Shown: piece by piece, positions 37,127 to 46,604 of the stretch
How positions within the stretch are numbered: position 1 is the stretch's first letter
Layout of the letters: the number at the start of each line of letters is the position of its first letter
DNA from: a virus
DNA length: 64,000 nt
Virus record (IMG/VR): IMGVR_UViG_3300037296_000046
Location: 1 to 64,000 of that record
Strand: one strand, 5' to 3'
The notes under the pieces: model-generated
Seen by the model: only the letters and a program-made list of their open reading frames with translations
Told to the model about the DNA's origin: nothing
The model's database searches: none
Made by a program: the position numbers and the translations under genes

Positions 37127-37206
37127 GTCGGTGTCACTGTAAGTGATGAGTGGGGTTTGATCACCCTTGATCAACTCAGCAGGTGGGAACCCTGCCACCG
37201 GCTCCA
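37127..37206 (+). ncRNA. Non-canonical tRNA-like RNA
   Basis: Acceptor GTCGGTG/CACCGGC, discriminator T, encoded CCA, T-arm GCAGG-TGGGAAC-CCTGC, D-like arm TCAC-TGTAA-GTGA. Confidence 0.65.
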
Positions 37207-37225
37207 TATTACAAATGAGGATGTT

Positions 37226-37723
37226 ATGAGACTTGATTATCTCAAGCTCATCCCCTCCCTGATCGCTTCGGTCATGGGACCGGAGAAAGCTCGTTTCAAA
37301 AAGCTACGCAGCAAATTAGTTGAGGATAACATGAAGTTAGGCGGTAACGTCCTTGGCTTCAGGCACCTTGGCTTGCGCTATAGCAACAACCATCCCCGCG
37401 ATACCAAAGGTGTTCACTTGCCTGCTGTGGAACCATCCTTTAAGGGTGAGGTCCAGCGATTCGAGGCTCTTGTCCTACGGGCAGAACGTGATGAGCAGCG
37501 TCTTCGCCAGTCTCTCACAGTTGTTCTACCGATGTGTGAAAGCCTACAAGACATCCGTGATGTTTTGCCAGAGGTATTCGTAACCGAAATTACACAGCTA
37601 AGCTCTCTCGTAAGAACCAGAGAGGCAGGCTACATACTGAGGGAGCATCCAGTGTTAAAGACCCAATACGATCAAGCTGTAGAGATTGCTCTATTCTACA
37701 CCGTCAATCGTCTGGTATTTTAA
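37226..37723 (+). CDS. N4 gp38-like hypothetical protein
   Basis: GAGG RBS, ATG 37226; C..LQDIRD.LPE...L.RTRE motif; coupled to DNA polymerase. Confidence 0.75.
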   Translation: MRLDYLKLIPSLIASVMGPEKARFKKLRSKLVEDNMKLGGNVLGFRHLGLRYSNNHPRDTKGVHLPAVEPSFKGEVQRFEALVLRAERDEQRLRQSLTVVLPMCESLQDIRDVLPEVFVTEITQLSSLVRTREAGYILREHPVLKTQYDQAVEIALFYTVNRLVF

Positions 37724-40359
37724 TGAAGTATCTGACCTTTGGTAAGACTGAGGCTACTCAGTACAAGATTGCGATCTTGGCATCATCCCTGAACACCGCA
37801 CAGTTCAATACCCACTACATTGAACCATACATGGAAGACTTTCGGGATGATGTAATTGCATACAGTCTTCACAAGTCAGGTAAGAAAACCTCTGTGGCAA
37901 CACAGAAGGAATACCTAGAAGACCTATTGCCTGTCCTCATGGACCTTGGTGTCAAATATCTAGTCGTCACAGATGGCGAGTACTTTAAGACACTCACAAA
38001 ATCCTCCACAATTGATGCTTCCATTGGCTACGTCATGGATTGCATCGTGGGGGATTTTAAAATCGTTTATGCTCCTAACTATGCTCAGGTCTTCTACGAT
38101 CCTGACAAAGTTAAAGTCAAAATGGAACGTGGTTTCTCTGCTCTCAAGGATCATATGGCTGGCACCTATGTCGATCCCGGAGATAGCATCATCCACTATG
38201 CTGATTATCCCAAGACACCTACTGAGATTAAAGCATGGCTGGACAAGCTCTTAGAGCTAAACCTACCCCTCACTGCTGACATCGAAGGCTTCTCCCTGAA
38301 GCACTATGATAGTGGCATTGGTTCCATTACATTCTGCTGGGGTAAGAATGAGGGTATCGCCTTCCCTATTGATATTCGTGAAGCCTATGGACCTCTGAAA
38401 CAGGGTCAAAAGCTAGAGCGATTTCATAACACAGAAGTGCGAGCACTTCTCAAGGATTTCTTTTTGAAATTCAAGAACAAACTGATCTGGCATAACATTT
38501 CCTTTGACGTATACATTCTGGTTTACCAGTTGTTTATGGATCACCTTCTGGACACCGAAGGTCTACTAGAGGGAATGGATGTACTTCTTAACAATTGGGA
38601 ATGTACTAAGCTAATCACCTACTTAGCTACGAATTCCTGTGCAGGAAACAAGCTGGGCCTCAAGTCTCAGTCACATGAATATGCAGGCAATTACGCAGTT
38701 GAAGACATCAAAGACATCACCAAGATACCCATTGATGAGTTGCTAGAATACAACTTGATCGACGGTCTATCCACATGGTTCACCTACGATAAGCACTACG
38801 ATACGATGATCGCTGACCAGCAAGAATCTATCTATGTGGACATCTTCAAGAAGTCGATCTTGGAGATTATCCAGATGCAGCTAACAGGCTTGCCTGTTGA
38901 TATGGCTCAGGTGATTAAGACATCTGACATTCTGGATGGTGAGAATAACATCGTCAAATCTAAGATGATGAATTCGATGGTCGTCCAAGGGTTCACTCCC
39001 TACCTTCGTCAGAAGTGGATGGACACCATGCACTCTAAGTGGAAGGTGAAACGGATCACATTGGCTGAGGTTCCTGTTCGTAAGGAAACCACCTTCAATC
39101 CCGGCAGTCCTGTACAGCTTCAGAAGCTCCTCTTTGATGAGGACTTTATGGGTCTACCTGTTCTTGAACTTACCGACTCCAAACAACCAGCTACAGGTGG
39201 TGATGTCTTAGAGAAGCTCAAGAACCATACGACCAACCCAGAATACCTAGCTTTTCTAGATTATCTGATTGAGTACAAGACCCTCGCAATCATCATCAGC
39301 ACCTTCATTCCAGCCCTCAAGAACGCCTCTCTGGCTCCTGATGGGTGGCACTACATGTTTGGCAGCTTCAACCTAGGAGGCACGCTCTCAGCCCGTCTGA
39401 GCAGCAGTAATCCTAACCTGCAAAACATTCCTGCCTCTGGTGCAACCAAGGCTAAGCAACGCTTGGCCAAGATGATCAAGAAGTGCATCAAAGCCCCTCC
39501 GGGCTGGCTTTTCGTGGGTTTAGATTTCTCGTCACTGGAAGACAGAATATCTGCCGTTACAACCCGTGATCCAATGAAGCTGAAGGTCTACACCGATGGC
39601 TTCGATGGTCACTGTCTTCGGGCATATGCTTACTTCAGTGATCAGATGCCTGACATCATTGGGGATAGTGTCAAATCTATCAACTCTATTTCCAAGATGT
39701 ATAAGCACCTTCGTCAGATCAGCAAGGCTCCAACTTTTGCCCTGACATACCAAGGCACCTATCACACGCTCATGGCTAACTGTGGGTTCAGTGAGGAACT
39801 GGCTAAGGCAATCGAGGCTAGTTACCACAAGCTGTACGTTGTCTCTGACGAGTGGGTGGCTGACAAGCTGAAGCAGGCAAGCAAAGACGGTTATATCACG
39901 GCAGCATTTGGTCTGCGTGTTCGTACCCCCTTGCTCAAGCAGGTGATTCTTGGCACCAAGTCCACTCCGTTCGAGGCAGCAGCCGAGGGACGGACAGCAG
40001 GTAACGCTCTGGGGCAGTCATGGGGTTTGCTCAACAACCGAGCAGCTTCAGAGTTTATGGCTAAGGTCCGTAAGAGCAAATACCGTCTGACAATACGTCC
40101 CTGTGCTCATATCCATGATGCTCAGTATTATATCATCAAGGATGATCTAGAGCATGTAGAATGGATGAATACTCATCTCGTAAAAGCAGTCCAATGGCAG
40201 GAGCATCCTGACATTGCTAACGATGATGTGAAATTGGGTGGAGAACTTTCGATCTTCTATCCAGACTGGTCAGTAGAATTGGAAATTCCCAATGGTGCAG
40301 ATCAGAATAAAATATCTGAAATGGCTGAACAGCATTACTTAGAGAAATGCGCAGCTTAA
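37723..40359 (+). CDS. Family A DNA polymerase (N4 gp39-like)
   Basis: Exo DIEG, HNISFD, YNLID; RLSSSNPNLQNIP; motif A DFSSLEDR; motif B R..SKAPTFALTYQG; motif C IHDA. Confidence 0.95.
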   Translation: MKYLTFGKTEATQYKIAILASSLNTAQFNTHYIEPYMEDFRDDVIAYSLHKSGKKTSVATQKEYLEDLLPVLMDLGVKYLVVTDGEYFKTLTKSSTIDASIGYVMDCIVGDFKIVYAPNYAQVFYDPDKVKVKMERGFSALKDHMAGTYVDPGDSIIHYADYPKTPTEIKAWLDKLLELNLPLTADIEGFSLKHYDSGIGSITFCWGKNEGIAFPIDIREAYGPLKQGQKLERFHNTEVRALLKDFFLKFKNKLIWHNISFDVYILVYQLFMDHLLDTEGLLEGMDVLLNNWECTKLITYLATNSCAGNKLGLKSQSHEYAGNYAVEDIKDITKIPIDELLEYNLIDGLSTWFTYDKHYDTMIADQQESIYVDIFKKSILEIIQMQLTGLPVDMAQVIKTSDILDGENNIVKSKMMNSMVVQGFTPYLRQKWMDTMHSKWKVKRITLAEVPVRKETTFNPGSPVQLQKLLFDEDFMGLPVLELTDSKQPATGGDVLEKLKNHTTNPEYLAFLDYLIEYKTLAIIISTFIPALKNASLAPDGWHYMFGSFNLGGTLSARLSSSNPNLQNIPASGATKAKQRLAKMIKKCIKAPPGWLFVGLDFSSLEDRISAVTTRDPMKLKVYTDGFDGHCLRAYAYFSDQMPDIIGDSVKSINSISKMYKHLRQISKAPTFALTYQGTYHTLMANCGFSEELAKAIEASYHKLYVVSDEWVADKLKQASKDGYITAAFGLRVRTPLLKQVILGTKSTPFEAAAEGRTAGNALGQSWGLLNNRAASEFMAKVRKSKYRLTIRPCAHIHDAQYYIIKDDLEHVEWMNTHLVKAVQWQEHPDIANDDVKLGGELSIFYPDWSVELEIPNGADQNKISEMAEQHYLEKCAA

Positions 40360-40373
40360 AACGAGGAAATACG

Positions 40374-40706
40374 ATGTCTACAGATAATAAACTGCACTAC
40401 TTTATGGTAGCTGCCGATGTGGTCTATTCGCGCAAAGATAAGAACGATGTTGCTACCACCAAGAAGAAAACCCTGAACTGTGTTGTGACCCACAACAAAA
40501 AGCTCATCACCTTCTCTCTGATGGAAGAAGCTCGCAAGGCTATCCTTCAGCGTTGCTTTGAGGAACTGAACATTGAAGTCACTGACGTTGCTGACTTCAT
40601 TTTCCTCAACTGGGTCTACATGGGCGTCATGTCTGATGCTGAATTCAATGACCACAAGCAGCATACGGGTGTGAAGAAGATCAAAGCAAACCCTTACGAT
40701 AGCTAG
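40374..40706 (+). CDS. Conserved N4-like hypothetical protein
   Basis: GAGG RBS, ATG 40374; Y.G.MS.AEF C-terminal motif; synteny. Confidence 0.7.
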   Translation: MSTDNKLHYFMVAADVVYSRKDKNDVATTKKKTLNCVVTHNKKLITFSLMEEARKAILQRCFEELNIEVTDVADFIFLNWVYMGVMSDAEFNDHKQHTGVKKIKANPYDS

Positions 40707-40715
40707 GATTTAGTC

Positions 40716-41708
40716 ATGAAAGCCACCATCAAGAATCAAAATGGTATGAGCCTAGCTGCCGCTGTGTGGTTGGCTCATGACACCTACGACAATGGGGCTA
40801 GTGCAGCACCGGAACAGGATACTATTTCGGTCACTACCCTGTTGAAGCCTACTCGTGCTTTCATTCTGGCACAGCAGGTTGATCCAAACGATGAGAGCCA
40901 AATGCTCGATGTCACGGACATGATCCCTTCACGTCTAGGCCATGCTATCCACGATTCCATTGAGGATGCTTGGCGTAATGGGTATCGGAATTCTATGGCT
41001 AAACTGGGGTATCCTCAGAAAGCTATTGATGCTGTCCGTATCAATCCTGAAACAGATGATGGGACTATCTTTCCTGTCTATCTGGAACAACGGTTCTTCC
41101 GTGAGATTGATGGGGTAATCATCTCAGGTAAGTTTGACCAAATTATCAATGGTGATCTGGTCGATACCAAATCCACTTCGGTTTGGGCTTACATGAATGG
41201 TTCTAAACTTGAGGATTATATCCTTCAGTTGTCCATCTATCGTTGGATCAATCCTGATAAGGTCACATCTGATGTTGCCTATATTCAGCACGTCTTTACT
41301 GATTGGCAACGGAATCAAGTTGGAACCAATCCCAACTATCCCAAGTATCGTGTGACTGAAATCAAAGTCGAATTGATGACCATTGGTCAGACAGAGCGTT
41401 GGATTCGTACCAAGCTGGCTGACATCCGTAAGAATGGTCCACTCAAGCAAGAGTTCATGGTTCGTTGTACTGACAAAGAGCTTTGGAAATCTGAACCTCA
41501 ATACAAATACTATGCTGATCCTGCAAAGGCTGAGCTTGGGGGTCGATCCACCAAGAACTTTGATAGTTTTCATGCCGCCGATAAGCACCGAAAGGATGCG
41601 GGCAAAGGTGTTGTTGTAACCAAGCCCGGAGAAGTCAAAGCATGTCCATATTGCAAAGCCTTCTCTGTGTGTGAACAGAAAGATGAGTATTTCGATGTCG
41701 CTGCCTGA
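40716..41708 (+). CDS. PD-(D/E)xK exonuclease (N4 gp42-like)
   Basis: ISVTTLLKP, G.AIH..IE, EQR, SGKFD...D.KST, Q.SIY, C-terminal CPYC.....C. Confidence 0.85.
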   Translation: MKATIKNQNGMSLAAAVWLAHDTYDNGASAAPEQDTISVTTLLKPTRAFILAQQVDPNDESQMLDVTDMIPSRLGHAIHDSIEDAWRNGYRNSMAKLGYPQKAIDAVRINPETDDGTIFPVYLEQRFFREIDGVIISGKFDQIINGDLVDTKSTSVWAYMNGSKLEDYILQLSIYRWINPDKVTSDVAYIQHVFTDWQRNQVGTNPNYPKYRVTEIKVELMTIGQTERWIRTKLADIRKNGPLKQEFMVRCTDKELWKSEPQYKYYADPAKAELGGRSTKNFDSFHAADKHRKDAGKGVVVTKPGEVKACPYCKAFSVCEQKDEYFDVAA

Positions 41709-43839
41709 TCTAGAAACGATTGACCATCACCCTGCGATTGAGGAAATCGTGGACGTGATGTGCAACAAGACCCAGAACACTGATCGGGGTTTCTTCCGTG
41801 TAGAGGTGGCCTATTTTCTTGCGAAGATGGCCGCTTCTATGCGTTCTGAGATTCTGACTAAGGATCGGGGCAACATCCCTGTGAACGTCTATGCTCTTGC
41901 CATGGCTACATCTGGCTTTGGTAAGGGTCACAGTGTTCACATCATGGAAGAACAATTCATGAAGGGTTTCAAACGCCGTTTCATGGAGGATACATTTCCA
42001 ACTATTGCTGACACTCATCTGTGGAAGCTGGCATTTCAACGTGCTGGCACAAACGGTACTGAGGAGCAGGAAGAACGGGATAAGCTAGAGAAAGAGTTTA
42101 TCCAAGCTGGTGCATTGCCCTTCACTTTTGATAGTGGCACTGGTCCTGCCGTGAAGCAGCTTCGTCAGAAGTTGATGCTGGCAGACTGTGGGGCTGTGAA
42201 CCTACAGATTGACGAGATTGGCTCTAACCTTGTCGGTAACGTCGAGGTTCTGACCATGTTCTTGGAGCTATACGATCAAGGCTTGGTCAAACAGAAGCTC
42301 GTCAAGAACACCCATGACAACCAACGTGGGCAAGAGATGGATGGTAAGACACCAACCAACGCATTGCTCTTTGGCACCCCTTCTAAGCTCTTGGATGGGG
42401 GTCAGACTGAAGACCAGTTCTACTCCTTCCTTGAGACAGGCTACGCTCGTCGTTGTCTCTTTGGGTGGGGTGAGCATATCCCCTCTGAAATCGAACTGAC
42501 ACCCAAGGAGGTCTACGAACGCCTGATTGACACAGGTAACGTGACCACTGTGGACCGTTGGTCAGATCACTTCGCTTTACTTGCTGACAGCACCAAATTT
42601 GGCTGGCAGATGAGTGTGAGCGATGAGGTAGGTGTTGCTCTCATCACCTATAAAATCCAGTGTGAGAAGCTGGCTGCCACCTACGCAGAGCATGAGGACA
42701 TTCGTAAAGCTGAGATGTCACACCGATATTTCAAATGCCTTAAACTAGCAGGTGCGTTTGCCTTCGTGGATCAATCATCTGACATTACGCTAGACCATCT
42801 CTACTCGTCCATGAAACTGGTCGAGGAGTCTGGCATAAGTTTCCAGCGATTGCTGACACGGGAAAAGACCTACGTTAAATTGGCTAAGTTTATCGCATCC
42901 TCTACGGATGAATTGACCCATGCTGATCTACACGAAGCTCTGCCTTTCTATAAGTCCAGTCAATCTGCTCGTAATGAGATGATGACCATGGCTACTGCAT
43001 GGGGCTACAAACAGCATATCGTCATCAAGAAGACATTCTTGGATGGTATCGAATTCTTCACAGGGGAAACCCTTGAGGAAACTAATCTGGATGAGATGCT
43101 TATCAGTTACTCTGATAACTTCGCGTTCAACTATTCATTCGAGCGTCAGCCAATGAGTAGTATGCACCTATTGACCCAATCCGTTGGGAACCATTGGTGT
43201 AATCACGGTTTCTCTAACAACCACCGTTCCGAGGAAAATGTAGTTCCCGGCTTTAACATAGTGGTTATTGACTGTGATGGTGGTGTCCAATTGTCGTTGG
43301 TCCATGAGCTTCTCAAAGAGTATGAGTTCATGACATACACCACTAAGAGCCATACTGAGGCAGAGAATCGGTTCCGACTGATGATCCCTATTAGCTATGT
43401 CCTTGAGTTGGATCGTGATGACTATAAAGAATTCATGAACAACATTATGGATTGGCTACCATTTCCTTCTGATGAAGCCGCTAACCAGCGATCTAAGAAA
43501 TGGGAAACCTATTCAGGTGGCAAATACTCCGTGAACCATGGTGAGCTACTCGACCCTTTGAAGTTTGTACCAAAGACCTCAAAGAACGAGCAGCACCGTA
43601 CATCCATGACCAAGCTGGAAAGCCTAGACAACTTCGAGCGTTGGTTCGCATCACGGATTGCTAACGGCAACCGTAACAACCAGATGATCAAGTTTGCATT
43701 AGCCCTTGTAGATCAAGGACTTAACTACAACGATGTCGAGAGTTGTGTCGTCAGTTTCAACAATAAGTTGGCCGATGGGCTGACTGAGACTGAGCTACGG
43801 AGCACCATCCTACAGACTGTTGCCAAGAAGTTTAGCTAG
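41695..43839 (+). CDS. Primase-like replication protein (N4 gp43-like)
   Basis: SGFGKG P-loop, IDEIG, D.DGG and YTTKSH primase motifs, C-terminal GNRNN PriCT-like domain. Confidence 0.85.
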   Translation: MSLPDLETIDHHPAIEEIVDVMCNKTQNTDRGFFRVEVAYFLAKMAASMRSEILTKDRGNIPVNVYALAMATSGFGKGHSVHIMEEQFMKGFKRRFMEDTFPTIADTHLWKLAFQRAGTNGTEEQEERDKLEKEFIQAGALPFTFDSGTGPAVKQLRQKLMLADCGAVNLQIDEIGSNLVGNVEVLTMFLELYDQGLVKQKLVKNTHDNQRGQEMDGKTPTNALLFGTPSKLLDGGQTEDQFYSFLETGYARRCLFGWGEHIPSEIELTPKEVYERLIDTGNVTTVDRWSDHFALLADSTKFGWQMSVSDEVGVALITYKIQCEKLAATYAEHEDIRKAEMSHRYFKCLKLAGAFAFVDQSSDITLDHLYSSMKLVEESGISFQRLLTREKTYVKLAKFIASSTDELTHADLHEALPFYKSSQSARNEMMTMATAWGYKQHIVIKKTFLDGIEFFTGETLEETNLDEMLISYSDNFAFNYSFERQPMSSMHLLTQSVGNHWCNHGFSNNHRSEENVVPGFNIVVIDCDGGVQLSLVHELLKEYEFMTYTTKSHTEAENRFRLMIPISYVLELDRDDYKEFMNNIMDWLPFPSDEAANQRSKKWETYSGGKYSVNHGELLDPLKFVPKTSKNEQHRTSMTKLESLDNFERWFASRIANGNRNNQMIKFALALVDQGLNYNDVESCVVSFNNKLADGLTETELRSTILQTVAKKFS

Positions 43840-43970
43840 TATCTAACTAGCAAAACTGGTAGTATCTGTGGACTATCTTAGGGCTATTTGATTCGGTTTT
43901 TCGGGTATTACAATTCCCGTTTAAATCGGATTTGATAGCCCTTTCACACCCTGTCGAGAGAGCACACCAT

Positions 43971-44717
43971 ATGAGTGAAGATTCTGATACACTACCAGAG
44001 GTGAACATCAACGATCAGCTTGCTCTGATTTCTGGTGAATCTGCTTCTGGTAAGTCTGCATCACTCCGCGATCTACAAGATCAAGAAGGCGTAATGTATT
44101 TGAATTGTGAAGCTGGTAAACGGCTTCCATTCAAAAACGGTTTTCAAACTGCTGTCGTTACTGACCCTTATCAGGTCTATTCGTCCATCGAATACGCAAC
44201 TGGTAATCCTGACTTTCATACTATCGTTATTGATACGATCACATTCCTCATGGATATGTATGAGTCGATGTATATCGTTGGTTCTTCCAACACTATGCAA
44301 GGTTGGGGTGACTACAATCAGTATTTCAAAAATCTGATGCAGGACTACGTTGCCAAGACAGATAAGAACGTATTGATCCTTGGTCATACACGTTCTGAGA
44401 CTGAAGGCATCGAAACAAAAACCTCTGTCCCCATCAAGGGTGCATTGAAGAACAATGGTATTGAAGCCTACTTCTCTACTGTTGTCTCTGCGAAGAAGAT
44501 CAAGATTAAAGATTTGGGTGAATACGACCCAGAGCTTTTACATGTGACTGAGGACGACACCGACCTTGGTTACAAGCACGTCTTCCAGACACGGCTTACC
44601 AAAGCTACTGTCGGGGAACGTATTCGTTCACCCATGGGCCTGTTCAACAAGCGTCAGACCTTTATGGATAACGATGCCCAACTGCTGCTGAATCACCTTA
44701 AAGCCTACTACGGCTAA
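43971..44717 (+). CDS. Sak4-like AAA ATPase (N4 gp44-like)
   Basis: GESASGKS, IVIDT, LGH; ATG 43971. Confidence 0.85.
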   Translation: MSEDSDTLPEVNINDQLALISGESASGKSASLRDLQDQEGVMYLNCEAGKRLPFKNGFQTAVVTDPYQVYSSIEYATGNPDFHTIVIDTITFLMDMYESMYIVGSSNTMQGWGDYNQYFKNLMQDYVAKTDKNVLILGHTRSETEGIETKTSVPIKGALKNNGIEAYFSTVVSAKKIKIKDLGEYDPELLHVTEDDTDLGYKHVFQTRLTKATVGERIRSPMGLFNKRQTFMDNDAQLLLNHLKAYYG

Positions 44718-44754
44718 TCGGCAGACAATTCAAAAAACTATACAGGAGTCCAAC

Positions 44755-45519
44755 ATGGACAATGTTTTCGGAAATATGAGCACTGAAGGCTACGGTACTG
44801 AGGAGGATCGCCTTGGTGGCGGTGGCACCGTAGAAACCGATTTCTACATCGGCAAGATCAAGATGGCCTACGTTGGCAAATCCAAGGCTGAAGGCTCGAA
44901 TTCGAGTGCTGTGGTTCTTGAGATTGACCTGCCACAAGGCAAAGGCGTCTTCAACTACCGTGAGTCGATCTATGTGACCAACCGTGATGGTGTGAACACA
45001 TACGACGACAAGAACCAAGCTGGTGTGAAGCACCTTCTTCCCGGCTGGCAGTCCATTGATGCTCTCTGCATGATCGTCACTGGCTCTGACCTGAAGAACC
45101 AGACGATGGAAACCAAGTCCGTGGGTATCTACGACTTTGAATCCAAGAAGGACGTTGCCACAGAGGTTCCTGTGCTGACTGATCTGATCGGTCAGGAAAT
45201 CGGTCTGGGTATCCTCAAGATTCTGGAAGACGTTCAGAAGAAAGAGAATGGCAAATACGTCAACACTGGTGAAACCCGTGAGAAGAACGAGATTGATAAG
45301 TTCTTCCACCCTGAATTGCTGATCACTCTGTCTGAGGGTCTTGCAGGTCAGGAAACCCCAACCTTCCAGCCAGCATGGCTTGAGAAGAACAAGGGTAAGA
45401 CCAAGGACAAAACCGACAAAAAGGGCGGTGCCAAGAAAGGTGCTCCCGGAAAGCCAGATGCAGGCGATAAGTCTGCACCCGGAAAAGCTGCTGGTGCAGC
45501 ACTGTTCGGCAAGAAGTAA
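44755..45519 (+). CDS. ssb: Single-stranded DNA-binding protein (N4 gp45-like)
   Basis: Position after gp44-like; EEDRLGG, LPG, NEIDKFF, C-terminal basic ...LFG tail; AGGAG RBS. Confidence 0.8.
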   Translation: MDNVFGNMSTEGYGTEEDRLGGGGTVETDFYIGKIKMAYVGKSKAEGSNSSAVVLEIDLPQGKGVFNYRESIYVTNRDGVNTYDDKNQAGVKHLLPGWQSIDALCMIVTGSDLKNQTMETKSVGIYDFESKKDVATEVPVLTDLIGQEIGLGILKILEDVQKKENGKYVNTGETREKNEIDKFFHPELLITLSEGLAGQETPTFQPAWLEKNKGKTKDKTDKKGGAKKGAPGKPDAGDKSAPGKAAGAALFGKK

Positions 45520-45558
45520 ACACTATAGAGAGGCTCTCAGAACGCTGGGAGCCTCTCT

Positions 45559-46602
45559 ATGATTCTGGACCTACCTACCTCTGTTATGGTGTCAAAGAAG
45601 AAGAAATTCTATCTTAACCTTAACCAGTATCGTAATACTCACTTCACTGTATTGAATAATGCTAAGATTGCTTTCAGCAATATAGTGATTAAAAGAGTGC
45701 AAGCTCTGCCATCATATGATGTGATTAAACTTACCTATACACTGTTCCCCAAAACAAGAGCACTCTGTGACGTAGCGAATGTATGTAGTATAGTTGATAA
45801 GTTCTTTTCTGATGTGATGACACACTGTGGTAGAATCCAAGATGACAACTACCTCTTTCTCCCTGAAGTAACCTATCGCTTTGGGGAGATTGATAAAGAG
45901 AACCCTCGTGTCGAAGTTCTAATTGAAAGTTTCAATACCACTATGACACAAATCACCGAAACACCCAAGGAGCCTGATCCAATGCGTACTACGCTTAATG
46001 ATCAAGAAATCAAACTGGCAATTGCCGAGTTTGTTCAGAACCGTTTCAAAGGCACCATCAATGAAGCAGTAGAAATGATCGTCACATCTGACGAGAATGG
46101 CCTGTCTGCTACGATGGAGCTTACCCCTAATGCCATGGAGGGTAATGTAGCTGCCCCTTTGGCTCAATCGGTAGAGTCTGTGGTGCAAACTTCAGCCCCT
46201 ACCCCAAACCCCGTAAAGGCAGAGAAGGCGGATACGAAGCCTACTTCTTCCCCGAAAGCTGAACCAAAGAAGCAGGAGGCTAAACCTACTGTGAAAAGCC
46301 TCTTTGGTAATCAGAAGAACAAGGCAGAAATCAGCGAAAGCAATGATGCTGCCAAGGCTGAAAACGCTGCTGCAAACATCTCTGCTGGGGATGACGTAGA
46401 GCGTGAAGACCCTAAGCAGGTTGAGGCTGAGGCACCTGAGACAGTAGCAGAGGAAGTCACTGAGACATCTGGTGCAACTGCTCAACAGCCCTACGCTGAA
46501 GACGATAACGAGCAAGAGGTGGACCCTGAAGCAGTGATGCAACAGGAAGAAGCCAAAGCTGAACAGCCACGTCCATCCATTTTCGGCTTCGGTAAGAAGT
46601 AA
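45559..46602 (+). CDS. RusA-like Holliday junction resolvase N-domain in frame with a second low-complexity protein
   Basis: LNLNQYRN...DVAN..SIVDKF..D.....G.I.DDN...DKENPRVEV (RusA-like); internal AAGGAG RBS + ATG at 45982. Confidence 0.75.
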   Translation: MILDLPTSVMVSKKKKFYLNLNQYRNTHFTVLNNAKIAFSNIVIKRVQALPSYDVIKLTYTLFPKTRALCDVANVCSIVDKFFSDVMTHCGRIQDDNYLFLPEVTYRFGEIDKENPRVEVLIESFNTTMTQITETPKEPDPMRTTLNDQEIKLAIAEFVQNRFKGTINEAVEMIVTSDENGLSATMELTPNAMEGNVAAPLAQSVESVVQTSAPTPNPVKAEKADTKPTSSPKAEPKKQEAKPTVKSLFGNQKNKAEISESNDAAKAENAAANISAGDDVEREDPKQVEAEAPETVAEEVTETSGATAQQPYAEDDNEQEVDPEAVMQQEEAKAEQPRPSIFGFGKK

Positions 46603-46604
46603 GA

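Noticed and set aside
37073-37225. 5' extension of the 216-aa ORF
   Set aside because: RBS and family-like sequence begin at ATG 37226; the extension overlaps the hairpin and tRNA-like RNA
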